50,683 nt of DNA from Candidatus Sordicultor fermentans. GTDB lineage: Bacteria; Atribacterota; Atribacteria; Atribacterales; Caldatribacteriaceae. Below the pieces are notes generated by a model. It was not told the origin of the DNA. It did no database searches and saw only the letters and a list, made by a program, of their open reading frames with translations. Positions 12,010-20,656 of the stretch are shown in pieces. Where the stretch lies: NCBI GenBank assembly GCA_002385475.1, contig DGDO01000021.1:1-50683 (forward strand), in the 5' to 3' direction. Position numbers and translations under genes: made by a program. Position 1 is the stretch's first letter. Each line of letters opens with the position of its first letter.

Positions 12010-12724
12010 TAGCACAAAGGCCTGACTTGAGGCACTTTTGGAAGGTCTCTAAAAAACAACCTCCTGTGGGATATAAATGCAACTCACGAACGAATATAAA
12101 TAACCCCAAAGGGAATTTACGAATTAACATTCCTATATATTATGCAAAATTTTGTGAAATATTTCAAGTAACCTTGCAGATGAATTTAAAGAAACCAGCT
12201 TAAAGAAGACTGGTTCTTTTAATCTCAGGGCTATTGAGGCAAAAAGCTTTATTATTTCAGAGATAGCCAGACAGCTTCTATCTTCAAAAAGCTTCTCTCT
12301 TAAAAGAAGATGTTAAGCAGATTATTTGCCCAACCCTTAGAGACCTATAGAAAAATACTGGAAGTTTTTGTCCAAAAAGTGGTGGAAAAGCTTCAAGCTA
12401 TGGTCTTGAATTATACCAGAATACCAGATGTTTTATCTGCCTCTGTACCTTTAGAAAGAAAGAGCCATTCCCATTTGCTTTGAATTCCCTTTCCCCCGGA
12501 TAATAGAAAAGGGAAGTAAAAACTTATTTGAAATAAACCTGATTAAAAAAACTTAGAGATATATATTGCCTCCTTCATTTAATAATTATCACTATGAAGG
12601 TTTATAAAATTCCTTTTGCAGGAGAAAAAAACATCGTATACATGAAATGACTTTATTACTTTTTAACTATAGAAAGGGATTTTTCAAACAGCCTCAAAAT
12701 AACTACAAACGGCCTCATAAAAAT

Positions 12725-12753
12725 TTGACAAAAAATTAAACATTATGTATAAT
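12725..12753 (+). promoter_or_regulatory. consensus sigma70-type promoter for the Fur/PerR-peroxiredoxin operon
   Basis: TTGACA (12725-12730), exactly 17 nt, then TATAAT (12748-12753). Both hexamers are perfect consensus. Confidence 0.6.
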
Positions 12754-12760
12754 TCAAGTA

Positions 12761-12787
12761 AATAGTAATGAGAACTATTATTATAGT
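12761..12787 (+). promoter_or_regulatory. candidate Fur/PerR-family operator overlapping the predicted transcription start
   Basis: AT-rich inverted repeats lie immediately after the -10 hexamer: AATAGT-N7-ACTATT (12761-12779) and ACTAT-N4-ATAGT (12774-12787). Fur-family boxes are AT-rich palindromes of this kind. Confidence 0.35.
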
Positions 12788-12794
12788 GGAAGAA

Positions 12795-13223
12795 ATGAAT
12801 AAAATTAAGAAAACTAAACAAAGAGAAGCTATTTTAGAGATTCTAAAAAATACTAAATCTCATCCCACTGCTGATGAAGTTTACCAAAAAGTGCGGCAGA
12901 AAATTCCTCGCATTAGTAAGGGCACAGTATATCGTAATTTGAAACTCCTCACCGAAAACAAAGAAGTTATGAAAATTGATACAGGAGGAACAGAAGGTAG
13001 ATATGATGCCCGAGTGGAAAATCATTACCATTTTCGCTGTGAGAGTTGTGGAAAGGTGTTCGATGTAGATGTGCCAGTAGATACGGAACTGGATAAAAAG
13101 GTATCTCAAAAAACCGGGTTTAACATTACTCACCATGTTTTAGAGTTTCGGGGCTTTTGCTCTGATTGTCAGAAAAAAGCAATTATCTCCCCTAGCGGAG
13201 ATAAAAATAAAGAGGAGGTATAA
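12795..13223 (+). CDS. Fur-family metalloregulator, probably a peroxide-responsive PerR-type repressor (the ORF also has an upstream in-frame ATG at 12768)
   Basis: It has an N-terminal wHTH (TKQREAILEIL...HPTADEVY...ISKGTVYRNLKLL), an HYHFRCESCG motif and a C-terminal CSDCQ, i.e. the two CxxC pairs of the Fur-family structural Zn site. It sits directly upstream of a peroxiredoxin. The choice between 12768 and 12795 as the start is uncertain. Confidence 0.8.
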   Translation: MNKIKKTKQREAILEILKNTKSHPTADEVYQKVRQKIPRISKGTVYRNLKLLTENKEVMKIDTGGTEGRYDARVENHYHFRCESCGKVFDVDVPVDTELDKKVSQKTGFNITHHVLEFRGFCSDCQKKAIISPSGDKNKEEV

Positions 13224-13226
13224 ACG

Positions 13227-13877
13227 ATGGAAGAATTAAGAGAAGAAATTATCAGTTTTCCTCGAGTGGGAGAGATGGCACCCTCTTTTGAAGCTGTTAC
13301 TACTCATGGAACTTTAAGGCTGGAAGATTTCAAAGGGAGCTGGCTGGTGTTATTTTCTCATCCTGCCGACTTCACTCCGGTGTGCACTACCGAGTTTATT
13401 GCTTTTAGCCAGGCCTATCCTGAATTTCAAAAAAGAGGAGCAGAGCTCCTGGGACTCAGCGTGGATAGCGTGTCCTCTCACATTGCCTGGGCTCGCAACA
13501 TTCAGGAGAAAACCGGAGTCAAAGTTCCTTTCCCCATTATTGCCGACCTCAGTAAAGAAGTATCTATCAAATACGGCATGATTCACCCCGGAGAAAGCAA
13601 AACTGAAACTATTCGGTGTGTGTTTATCATCGACCCCGACCAGGTTATTCGCGCCATCCTCTATTACCCTCTAACTACTGGTAGAAATATCAGTGAAATA
13701 TTGAGAATAATCGATGCTTTACAAACCACCGATAAATACGGTGTGGCTACTCCTGCTAACTGGCAACCGGGAGAAAAAGTAATAGTTCCTGCCCCCACCA
13801 CCGTAGAAGGAGCAGAAGAGCGGTTAAAAGAGGGATATGAATGTGTAGATTGGTATCTATGTAAAAAAAGCGTCTAA
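13227..13877 (+). CDS. peroxiredoxin (Prx6-like / archaeal-type thioredoxin peroxidase)
   Basis: FSHPADFTPVCTTE contains the peroxidatic Cys motif PVCTTE. The 216-aa length and the C-terminal CVDWYLC Cys pair resemble the archaeal/thermophile Prx class. There is a strong RBS (GAGGAGG). Confidence 0.9.
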   Translation: MEELREEIISFPRVGEMAPSFEAVTTHGTLRLEDFKGSWLVLFSHPADFTPVCTTEFIAFSQAYPEFQKRGAELLGLSVDSVSSHIAWARNIQEKTGVKVPFPIIADLSKEVSIKYGMIHPGESKTETIRCVFIIDPDQVIRAILYYPLTTGRNISEILRIIDALQTTDKYGVATPANWQPGEKVIVPAPTTVEGAEERLKEGYECVDWYLCKKSV

Positions 13878-13892
13878 GAAAGGAGGGTTTTT

Positions 13893-14114
13893 ATGGCCTG
13901 CGTAACGCCAGAAGGAAAACCTACTGAATCGGGAAAGAAAATTCTCAACGCTCTAAAATCTGGAGCAGCGTCTCCTGAAGAAATAGCTAAAACCAGTGGT
14001 TTACCTCTATTCCGAGTAAGAAGTGGACTTCGAGACATGGTTCAAGCCGATTTAGTGAAAGAAGAAGAAGGAAAGTATAAACTTACTGAAAAAGGAGAAC
14101 AATTTATCGAATAA
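13893..14114 (+). CDS. small (73 aa) winged-helix-like protein of unknown function, co-transcribed with the peroxiredoxin
   Basis: AAGGAGGG RBS 5 nt upstream. The sequence GKKILNALKSGAASPEEIAKTSGLPLFRVRSGLRDMVQADLVKEE..GKYKLTEKG has the helix-turn-helix plus beta-wing pattern of small wHTH proteins. It lies 15 nt after the prx stop. Confidence 0.55.
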   Translation: MACVTPEGKPTESGKKILNALKSGAASPEEIAKTSGLPLFRVRSGLRDMVQADLVKEEEGKYKLTEKGEQFIE

Positions 14115-14132
14115 ACCGAGACGTCAATTTTA

Positions 14133-14168
14133 CCGGGAGAGGGTGGAAAATAGCCTGCTCTCTCCCGG
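14133..14168 (+). terminator. stem-loop terminator candidate after the PerR-Prx operon
   Basis: CCGGGAGAG (14133-14141) pairs with CTCTCCCGG (14160-14168), giving a GC-rich 9-bp stem. The U-tract afterwards is only short (GTTT). Confidence 0.45.
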
Positions 14169-14335
14169 GAGTTTACTGCAGTTATCAAATAGGTTAAAAC
14201 TTTAATTTTTTTCACCCTCAAATTCTCCCTATCTCAGGGAATGCTTGTGTCTCTCCAATCTTGTCTGCAAGGAATAGCCAAGGAAAAGTCTTACTTCTAA
14301 AAAACAAGGTTTTCAAAGAAAAAACTTGCGACCAG

Positions 14336-16129
14336 TTAGGAGTCTATCGTGTCATCTCCGCCGGATTCAGAAGCTATCGGTAGAGTAAAGGTAAAAACAG
14401 TCCCCTCCTGGAGCTGGCTTTCCACCTTTATTGTACCACCGTGGTTTTCTATAATTTGTTTGGCGATGGCCAGCCCGAGGCCTGTCCCCCCTTTTTCTCG
14501 AGAACGAGATTTTTCTACCCGGTAAAATCGCTCAAAGAGATGGGGGATATCTTTTTCGGGGATTCCTTCCCCCTGGTCTTTTATAGAAACAGCTACTTCT
14601 TTCTCCTCTTCCCAGACCTTTATTTCTACGGTGCTCTCCGGAGGAGAAAAAAGAAGAGCATTACTCAGTAAATTTATTAACACCTGCTCAATCCGATCCA
14701 TATTTCCCAGAACTAAAGGGAGCTGAGAAGGAAAATCTTTCTTTATCTGGATTTTTTTATCCTCTATCTGGGGCATTAACTTAAGCAATACCTGGTCTAT
14801 CATCTGGGGAAGGGATAAGGGATTTACTTCCCATTCTATTTTTTTTGATTCCATGAGAGAAAGGTCTAAAAGGTCATGAATAAGCCGAGAAAGGCGCAGC
14901 GTCTCTCGGTGAATAACTTCTAAGTATTTCTTTTTTAGCTCCTCATCACCGATTACCCCATCCATCATTGCTTCTACAAATCCCTGGATGGAGGTGAGAG
15001 GGGTGCGCAACTCGTGAGAAACGTTAGCTAAAAAATCACGACGCAGTTCTTCCAGTTGGCGAAGTTCGGTGATATCTTGAAAAACCCCTACCGCTCCATA
15101 TACTTTCTCCCCCTCTTTTAAGGGTGTTATGTGGACAACGAGATGGTCTCCATTTTCTATTTGAAATTCTTGAGCTTCTTCTTTTCCCTCTTTTAGCGCT
15201 CGGGAGAAAATTTCCTGTATCTGGACTTGAGTAAATAATTGGGCAACATGAAGTCCCAAAGGAGCTTCTCCCTCCCACTTCAATTTTTTAAGTAAGGATG
15301 GATTAATAGAAGTGATTTTCTCTTCTTCATCTATAGCTACTACACCTTCTGCCATATGAAGGAGTATGTTTTCGGTTTCCCGTTTTTCCTGATGAAGGTG
15401 ATTAATAGTTTCTTCTAAAGCGGAGGAAAGGTAATTAAAATCTTGCGCTAATTGTCCCAATTCATCTTCCGTGTGCACTTCTATTCTCCGCTGTAAATTG
15501 CCGGAAGCTAAATCTCGAGCTGCTTCGCTTATTTTCTGAAGAGGACGAGTGAGAGAGCGAGAGAAAAAATAGGAGAGAATGAGAGAGAAAACTAAAGAGA
15601 TGGCACTGGCTATAAGGATGATACGCCTTACCGCAGACACAGTAGCCTGAATATTAACTATAGGAGATAAAAGTAAAAGAACAGAAGAAACTTCTCCATT
15701 TTGCAAGACCGGGGAAGCGGCTATCAACATTGCCTGGTCAAAACGGGGGCTGAACCCTCTAAAAACTACAGTTTCTCCTTGAAAAACTTTTTCTAAAATT
15801 TCTCGGGGAAGCGGCTCTCTACCCATTCTACCCCAGGGGGGGCGAGGTGGCTCGGATAGAGGAAAATTAGGAGAGGATAGTTCCTGTCGGCTGAGAAGCA
15901 AAATCTGAGTTCCTTTTCTCAGGCGGGGTAAAATCTCCGGTATTTCTTCCCGAGGAGACTGGGAAATGAATTCGCTGATGGTTTTAGCCTGTTCCGCTAT
16001 TTCTTTTTCTTGGGAAGCAAGGTAGTGGCGAGAAAAAAATTGGGAACTTAAGATTCCGGAGACCAAAAAGGAAAGGGCCACCACTGCAAGATAAGAAAGG
16101 AGAAGTTTAGAAAATAGGGTTTTTTTCAT
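14336..16129 (-). CDS. sensor histidine kinase (TM - periplasmic loop - TM - HAMP - PAS - HisKA - HATPase)
   Basis: It has an H-box (SHELRTPLTSIQGF), an N-box (LINLLSNAL), a G1 box (IKDQGEGI) and a G2 box (GGTGLGLAIAKQI). Two hydrophobic segments flank a ~130-aa extracytoplasmic region. It overlaps the response regulator gene by 4 nt. Confidence 0.93.
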   Translation of the reverse strand: MKKTLFSKLLLSYLAVVALSFLVSGILSSQFFSRHYLASQEKEIAEQAKTISEFISQSPREEIPEILPRLRKGTQILLLSRQELSSPNFPLSEPPRPPWGRMGREPLPREILEKVFQGETVVFRGFSPRFDQAMLIAASPVLQNGEVSSVLLLLSPIVNIQATVSAVRRIILIASAISLVFSLILSYFFSRSLTRPLQKISEAARDLASGNLQRRIEVHTEDELGQLAQDFNYLSSALEETINHLHQEKRETENILLHMAEGVVAIDEEEKITSINPSLLKKLKWEGEAPLGLHVAQLFTQVQIQEIFSRALKEGKEEAQEFQIENGDHLVVHITPLKEGEKVYGAVGVFQDITELRQLEELRRDFLANVSHELRTPLTSIQGFVEAMMDGVIGDEELKKKYLEVIHRETLRLSRLIHDLLDLSLMESKKIEWEVNPLSLPQMIDQVLLKLMPQIEDKKIQIKKDFPSQLPLVLGNMDRIEQVLINLLSNALLFSPPESTVEIKVWEEEKEVAVSIKDQGEGIPEKDIPHLFERFYRVEKSRSREKGGTGLGLAIAKQIIENHGGTIKVESQLQEGTVFTFTLPIASESGGDDTIDS

Positions 16130-16806
16130 CGTTCGGGCTCAAATTTATAACCGTATCCCCATACCGTTTTTATTGAAGAAGAAATTCCTCCTTCGCTTAA
16201 TTTTTCTCGAAGACGTTTTATGTGGGTATCTACAGTTCGAGCATCTCCTGCAAAATCATACCCCCACACATATTCTAAAAGCTGTTCCCGGGTGTAAACC
16301 CTCTGGGGGTGGTTTACCAGAAACCAGAGTAGTTCGAATTCTTTGGGAGTAAGGTTGATTTCCTTCCCTTTTATTTCCACTTTTTTGGCTTCATAATCAA
16401 TCCGGAGACCAAGAGCTTCCCACGTTTTTCCTCCCCCCGAAGAGGCATTAAAGCGACGAAGGACAGCCTTAATCCTCGCTACCAACTCCCGAGGGCTGAA
16501 AGGTTTAGCCACGTAGTCATCAGCTCCCAGTTCCAACCCCAGCACCTTATCAAATTCTTCCCCTCGGGCGGTGAGCATAATTATGGGAACATAAGAAGTT
16601 TTCCTTATTTCCCGGCACACTTCCCATCCATCTTTTTTGGGAAGCATGAGGTCTAAAAGAACGAGATCAGGAGAAATCCTGGACATCTTTTTCAGTGCTT
16701 CCTCTCCATCGGAAGCCAATTCTACCTGAAATCCCTCCTTCTCAAGATACAAGCGGAGGAGCTCTCTCACACTTTCTTCATCTTCCACTACCAGGATAAT
16801 AGCCAT
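16126..16806 (-). CDS. OmpR/PhoB-family response regulator
   Basis: The receiver domain (ILVVEDEE...DLVLLDLMLPKKDG...MLTA...KPF) is followed by a C-terminal winged-helix domain (LTPKEFELLWFL...TVDTHIKRLREKL...TVWGYGYKF). Confidence 0.95.
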   Translation of the reverse strand: MAIILVVEDEESVRELLRLYLEKEGFQVELASDGEEALKKMSRISPDLVLLDLMLPKKDGWEVCREIRKTSYVPIIMLTARGEEFDKVLGLELGADDYVAKPFSPRELVARIKAVLRRFNASSGGGKTWEALGLRIDYEAKKVEIKGKEINLTPKEFELLWFLVNHPQRVYTREQLLEYVWGYDFAGDARTVDTHIKRLREKLSEGGISSSIKTVWGYGYKFEPER

Positions 16807-16935
16807 ACTCTATCCACCTTTAAATATAAGAAATTTAATAATGCTCGCCGACTATTTTCTCTCAAAACTCCTTTAACTGATTTTCCCAGGTTCTCTCCTC
16901 CTGGTATTCTTATGGCCAGGAACCGTGTTGTGCGT

Positions 16936-16970
16936 TATAGTAGCCCCGAAGTTACTTCGGGGCTACTATA
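16936..16970 (-). terminator. perfect 16-bp stem-loop between the Spy/CpxP-like gene and the response regulator gene (terminator, attenuator or RNA-stability element)
   Basis: TATAGTAGCCCCGAAG (16936-16951) and CTTCGGGGCTACTATA (16955-16970) are perfect reverse complements around a 3-nt loop. The element starts 6 nt after the stop of the upstream minus-strand gene. No U-tract follows on the minus strand. Confidence 0.5.
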
Positions 16971-16976
16971 ATTATC

Positions 16977-17489
16977 CTACCTGATGTTTGCCGGAAAGCC
17001 CATACCTGGAAAGCCCGTGTCTCTCTGAAAGGTAAAGCCTTTTCCTCTTCTTTGGGGATATTGCTTAGCCAATTGAGAAGTCTGTTCGGGAGTCAGAATA
17101 GAAAGCACTTCCTGAAACATAGCATTTCTGCTTTCCTGTATCTTTTGTTCCAAGGAGTTAATTTCTTCTATCTTAGTCCGTATCTCACTGGCTACTTCTT
17201 CAGAAGGAGTTTCAAAACTCAATTTCCAGAGACTAATTCGCGCTTCCTCCATCTGGTCTTGCAAATCCCGGATGTTCGGACGATATTTTTCCCAGACCTC
17301 CAGGATTTTGATTTTCTGTTCCTGACTCAGGTTAAGAGAATAGTTAATATTCTGGTGCAGCCTATCCTGTCTCATTTCCCTATCTCTTTCCTCACGGGGA
17401 GGGGAGCTTCTTTCCTGAGCAAAAATGGGGAAAGCTATACTTAAAACAAGCACGCTCACCAAAGCTACAAATAACCAGGTTTTTCTCAT
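16977..17489 (-). CDS. periplasmic Spy/CpxP-family (LTxxQ motif) stress protein with signal peptide
   Basis: The start was chosen at ATG 17489 (GGAGG 8 nt upstream), giving MRKTWLFVALVSVLVLSIAFPIFAQE as the signal peptide. Two LTxxQ-type motifs are present (LNLSQEQ, LTPEQTSQL). The sequence is helical and rich in E/R/Q. Confidence 0.7.
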   Translation of the reverse strand: MRKTWLFVALVSVLVLSIAFPIFAQERSSPPREERDREMRQDRLHQNINYSLNLSQEQKIKILEVWEKYRPNIRDLQDQMEEARISLWKLSFETPSEEVASEIRTKIEEINSLEQKIQESRNAMFQEVLSILTPEQTSQLAKQYPQRRGKGFTFQRDTGFPGMGFPANIR

Positions 17490-17559
17490 GTGTTTAACCT
17501 CCTTTTTAGCTTTTGAGAACATTTTAAGGGGTCTTTTTGGCTTTTTAGTGAGCGATTTG

Positions 17560-18657
17560 TTACCAATTTATGAAAGTTTGTAACGACTTCTCTTTTTCAC
17601 TTCTTTCTAACGCTAATTGAATTAGCTCATCTATGAGCTGAGGGTAAGGGATGCCACTTGCTTCCCAGAGCTTGGGATACATACTGATGGAAGTAAACCC
17701 GGGAATGGTGTTGAGTTCGTTTACAATAATTTCTTCTCCCCGGAGAAAAAAGTCCACCCTGGCCATCCCCTCACAAGAAAGAGCCCGAAAAGCTTGAATG
17801 GCTAAACATTGTATTTTCTCTGCTATATTTTCTGGAAGAGAAGCGGGGATCTGAAGAAGAGCTCCCTCCGGGTCAATGTATTTTGCCTCGTAAGAGTAAA
17901 ATTCATGACCGGGGATGATTTCTCCAGGGCAAGAGACACGAGGTTTTTCATTTCCCAGAACGGCACATTCAATTTCTCGCCCCTCGACATATTCCTCAAT
18001 TAAGATTTTACCATCGTAGCGAAAAGCTTCCTCTAAAGCAGAGAAAAACTCCTCCTCTTTTTTAACTTTGCTTATACCCACAGATGAGCCAAGAGTGGCC
18101 GGTTTTACAAAAAAAGGCAATCCTAATTGGCTAACCATTTCGGGGAATTTGATTTCCTTTTTTTCCTCACGAGCAAAAGATAAAAATTTAGCGGCAGGAA
18201 TTCCAGCTTCTTTCAGCAATCTTTTGCTTACCTCTTTATCCATAGCAATAGCTGAACCTAGCACTCCCGCCCCCACGAAAGGAACTTCTGCTATTTTCAG
18301 CAATCCCTGGATAGCACCATCTTCACCGAACGGTCCATGAAGAACAGGGAAAACAACATCTACCGGCTGCAACCTTTCTCCAGTAGAGAGATTAACCAGT
18401 TGTCCTGCGCCTCCGGGAATAAAAATCACCTCATCCCCTCGAGAGGTAAGGTGAGGCAGAAGAGAGCCTTCCATTTCTTCTTCAAAATCAGCTAAAGCTT
18501 TAAGGTGCCAGCGACCGTCTTTATCAATACCTATAAGGACAATATCATATTTCTCTCTATCCATAGCTTCTATAACGTTTTTTGCTGATTGGAGAGAAAT
18601 CTCGTGCTCTACCGATTTTCCACCACAGATGACAGCCACTCTTAATTTTCTTTTCAT
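17560..18657 (-). CDS. ddl: D-alanine--D-alanine ligase
   Basis: KLRVAVICGGKSVEHEISLQSA..., the ATP-grasp motifs (FVKPATLGSSVGISKV; EIECAVLGN; ARVDFFL...VNELNTIPGFT) and the 365-aa length fit the long DdlA-type enzyme. Confidence 0.95.
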   Translation of the reverse strand: MKRKLRVAVICGGKSVEHEISLQSAKNVIEAMDREKYDIVLIGIDKDGRWHLKALADFEEEMEGSLLPHLTSRGDEVIFIPGGAGQLVNLSTGERLQPVDVVFPVLHGPFGEDGAIQGLLKIAEVPFVGAGVLGSAIAMDKEVSKRLLKEAGIPAAKFLSFAREEKKEIKFPEMVSQLGLPFFVKPATLGSSVGISKVKKEEEFFSALEEAFRYDGKILIEEYVEGREIECAVLGNEKPRVSCPGEIIPGHEFYSYEAKYIDPEGALLQIPASLPENIAEKIQCLAIQAFRALSCEGMARVDFFLRGEEIIVNELNTIPGFTSISMYPKLWEASGIPYPQLIDELIQLALERSEKEKSLQTFINW

Positions 18658-19159
18658 AGCGCCAACCCCGATAAATTATTTCTGGAAGGAATTTAGCACA
18701 AAATCCATCCTTCTACAAGAGAGATTCAAAAAGCACAACTACAAATAAGTGGGATACTCTGTCATCCCGATATTACCACACAATTGATGTTATGAGCTTG
18801 CTTTGCCTCTGAGAGATTGCCCAGATGGCTTGTGGTATAAGACTAAGAGAGCACAAAAGATGAAAAAATTTGGAATAACAACGCTGAAGTAATAACATTC
18901 CAGCACTTAGAGAGAAGAAACATCTCTCGAACTATAGGACACAAATCCTCCTATGACTTCCGGAAGAGAAAAATCTGAAAACATAGAAAAACAAAACTGC
19001 TGAAGGAGTAAAAGCATCTCCCTCAGCGTGCGATTAATACCCCAAGGACACAGTGAAGAGGTGGAGTATTAAAAAGAAGAACATGCCAGGAATTTCACGA
19101 GATACTATAAAATTAGGAAAAAGATGAAATCTTTTCTTACCTGAAGAAAATTGACGAGA

Positions 19160-20185
19160 CTATACCTGTTTTTGAGTCTCCTCAATAAAAGCCAGCATGT
19201 TGGGAAGAGAAACATCCCCTTCCACATCGTGAGCGGGGCCAAAGATATATCCTCCTGGACGTCCCATATCTATAAGGCGCCTTGTTTCCCGCACTACATC
19301 TTGAGGGGTGCCATAGGGAAGAGTTTGCTGAGTGGAAAGCCCACCATGAAAACTCAAGCGATCCCGGTATTGTTCTATTAATTGAAAAATATCCATAACT
19401 TCCGGTTGAAAAGGATTGAAGCAGTCCACCCCTATTTCTATCAAATCATCGAACAGTTCATCTACATCTCCGCAAGAATGAATAAATACATATTTCCCCT
19501 CCTGTTTCGCACTTCCATACATTCGGCGTAACTCCGGATAGATAAACTCCTTCCATATTTTCGGCCCCATCTGCAAACCTCGCTGCTGTCCCCAATCATC
19601 GCCAAAATATACGGCATCTATATCGTACTTCATAGCCTCTTTTACTTGAGCAATATTATAGTCGGCTATAGTGTGTAACAGCTCGTGCACAAAATCAGGG
19701 TGGTCATAGAAATCCATCATAAGTTGCTCCATGCCTCTTAAGGTCCAAGCTCTCTCATATAGCGAAAAACCGATCTGGAATACCCGAAACCTATCGGGAT
19801 AGCGCTGAATTTTCTCGGGGATATCCTGAAAAAAACGGTGGTCTAAAGGGTTGGGAAACCGATATCCCTGTAGGCTGGGTTTAGATAACACTGGTTTCTG
19901 GACATTGCCGATATCCTTATCTATGCTCCGGTCCCAGACTACTCCAAAAACATCTTGCACTAAGTTTGGCCCCACCTCTTCGAAAAAACCGATATCGCTT
20001 CCCAACTTCAAAAGATGATTGCCAACAAAATCTTCCAGTTCCTCCCTGGAATTGATTTGCTGACCGGAATTATTATAATGAGCAATAAGTTTGTCCGCCG
20101 CTTCTTTGGTAAAACCAAAAGACCAGGGAACATAAGGCGGTTGTTTGTGGTCAAGTACAATTTTTATTACCTGGCGCTTGGTCAT
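19160..20185 (-). CDS. uroporphyrinogen decarboxylase (URO-D) family protein, MtaA/CmuA-like methyltransferase-type
   Basis: The 341-aa length fits a URO-D-fold TIM barrel (DDWGQQRGLQMGPKIWKEFIYPELRRMY...HSCGDV..LFDDLIEIGVDCFNPFQPE...GG). No heme or corrinoid partner genes are nearby, so the specific function is unknown. Confidence 0.7.
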   Translation of the reverse strand: MTKRQVIKIVLDHKQPPYVPWSFGFTKEAADKLIAHYNNSGQQINSREELEDFVGNHLLKLGSDIGFFEEVGPNLVQDVFGVVWDRSIDKDIGNVQKPVLSKPSLQGYRFPNPLDHRFFQDIPEKIQRYPDRFRVFQIGFSLYERAWTLRGMEQLMMDFYDHPDFVHELLHTIADYNIAQVKEAMKYDIDAVYFGDDWGQQRGLQMGPKIWKEFIYPELRRMYGSAKQEGKYVFIHSCGDVDELFDDLIEIGVDCFNPFQPEVMDIFQLIEQYRDRLSFHGGLSTQQTLPYGTPQDVVRETRRLIDMGRPGGYIFGPAHDVEGDVSLPNMLAFIEETQKQV

Positions 20186-20391
20186 AACGTACTCCCCCTT
20201 CCAATACCGAGCTCCTCACCTCTATTAAACTCGAACCTGATATATAATAACCTCTGACGTTCGATTATTCAAACCTCTTCTAAAGTTAGGAACCCACCAA
20301 TAGTATTACCCTCCCACTCAACTGGTTATTAATTTCAGTATCCTCCAAAACCTCTTAAACCACTCAAACTTTAAAAGCAAGTTATATTTTG

Positions 20392-20595
20392 CTAAAAAAT
20401 CGGGATCTCAAGAACGGAAGCTCTTAAATCTTTTTCTGAACGTAAAGTACGAGGAAAGCGCTTAAAGAACATTGAAACGTGGAGCTTATAATCGGAAATA
20501 GTGCGGGGAGCTCTTCCTTCAGCCTTCTTTTCAAACAGAAATAGCTCCAAAAAATTATTATAATCTTCTCGAGGAAATTTTACTGTTTCTCCCAT
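20392..20595 (-). pseudogene. truncated tyrosine recombinase (phage integrase) fragment, N-terminal SAM-like core-binding domain only
   Basis: DYNNFLELFLFEKKAEGRAPRTISDYKLHVSMFFKRF matches the integrase N-terminal SAM-like domain pattern. The ORF stops after ~67 aa, with no catalytic R..HxxR..Y domain in any frame downstream. It lies 61 nt from the 3' end of tRNA-Leu. Confidence 0.6.
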
Positions 20596-20656
20596 GAGAA
20601 ATGAGGTAGTCCATCGACTATAAAAGAGCTTTTTAGAAACAGAAGAGATGCACTTC

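Noticed and set aside
12003-12483. Small ORFs in the rpoB-perR gap: 12003-12203 (66 aa) and an unlisted 57-codon ORF at 12310-12483.
   Set aside because: Neither has a Shine-Dalgarno sequence or a recognisable motif. The first overlaps the -35 element of the rpoB promoter. They are kept only as a note inside the intergenic-gap finding.
18658-20656. A direct repeat of the tRNA-Leu 3' end (attR) that would delimit an island containing the URO-D family gene.
   Set aside because: By eye, only a 7-of-9 partial match (TCGAACCTG near 20235 versus TTGAACCCG in the tRNA) was found, which is not significant. The island boundary remains undefined.
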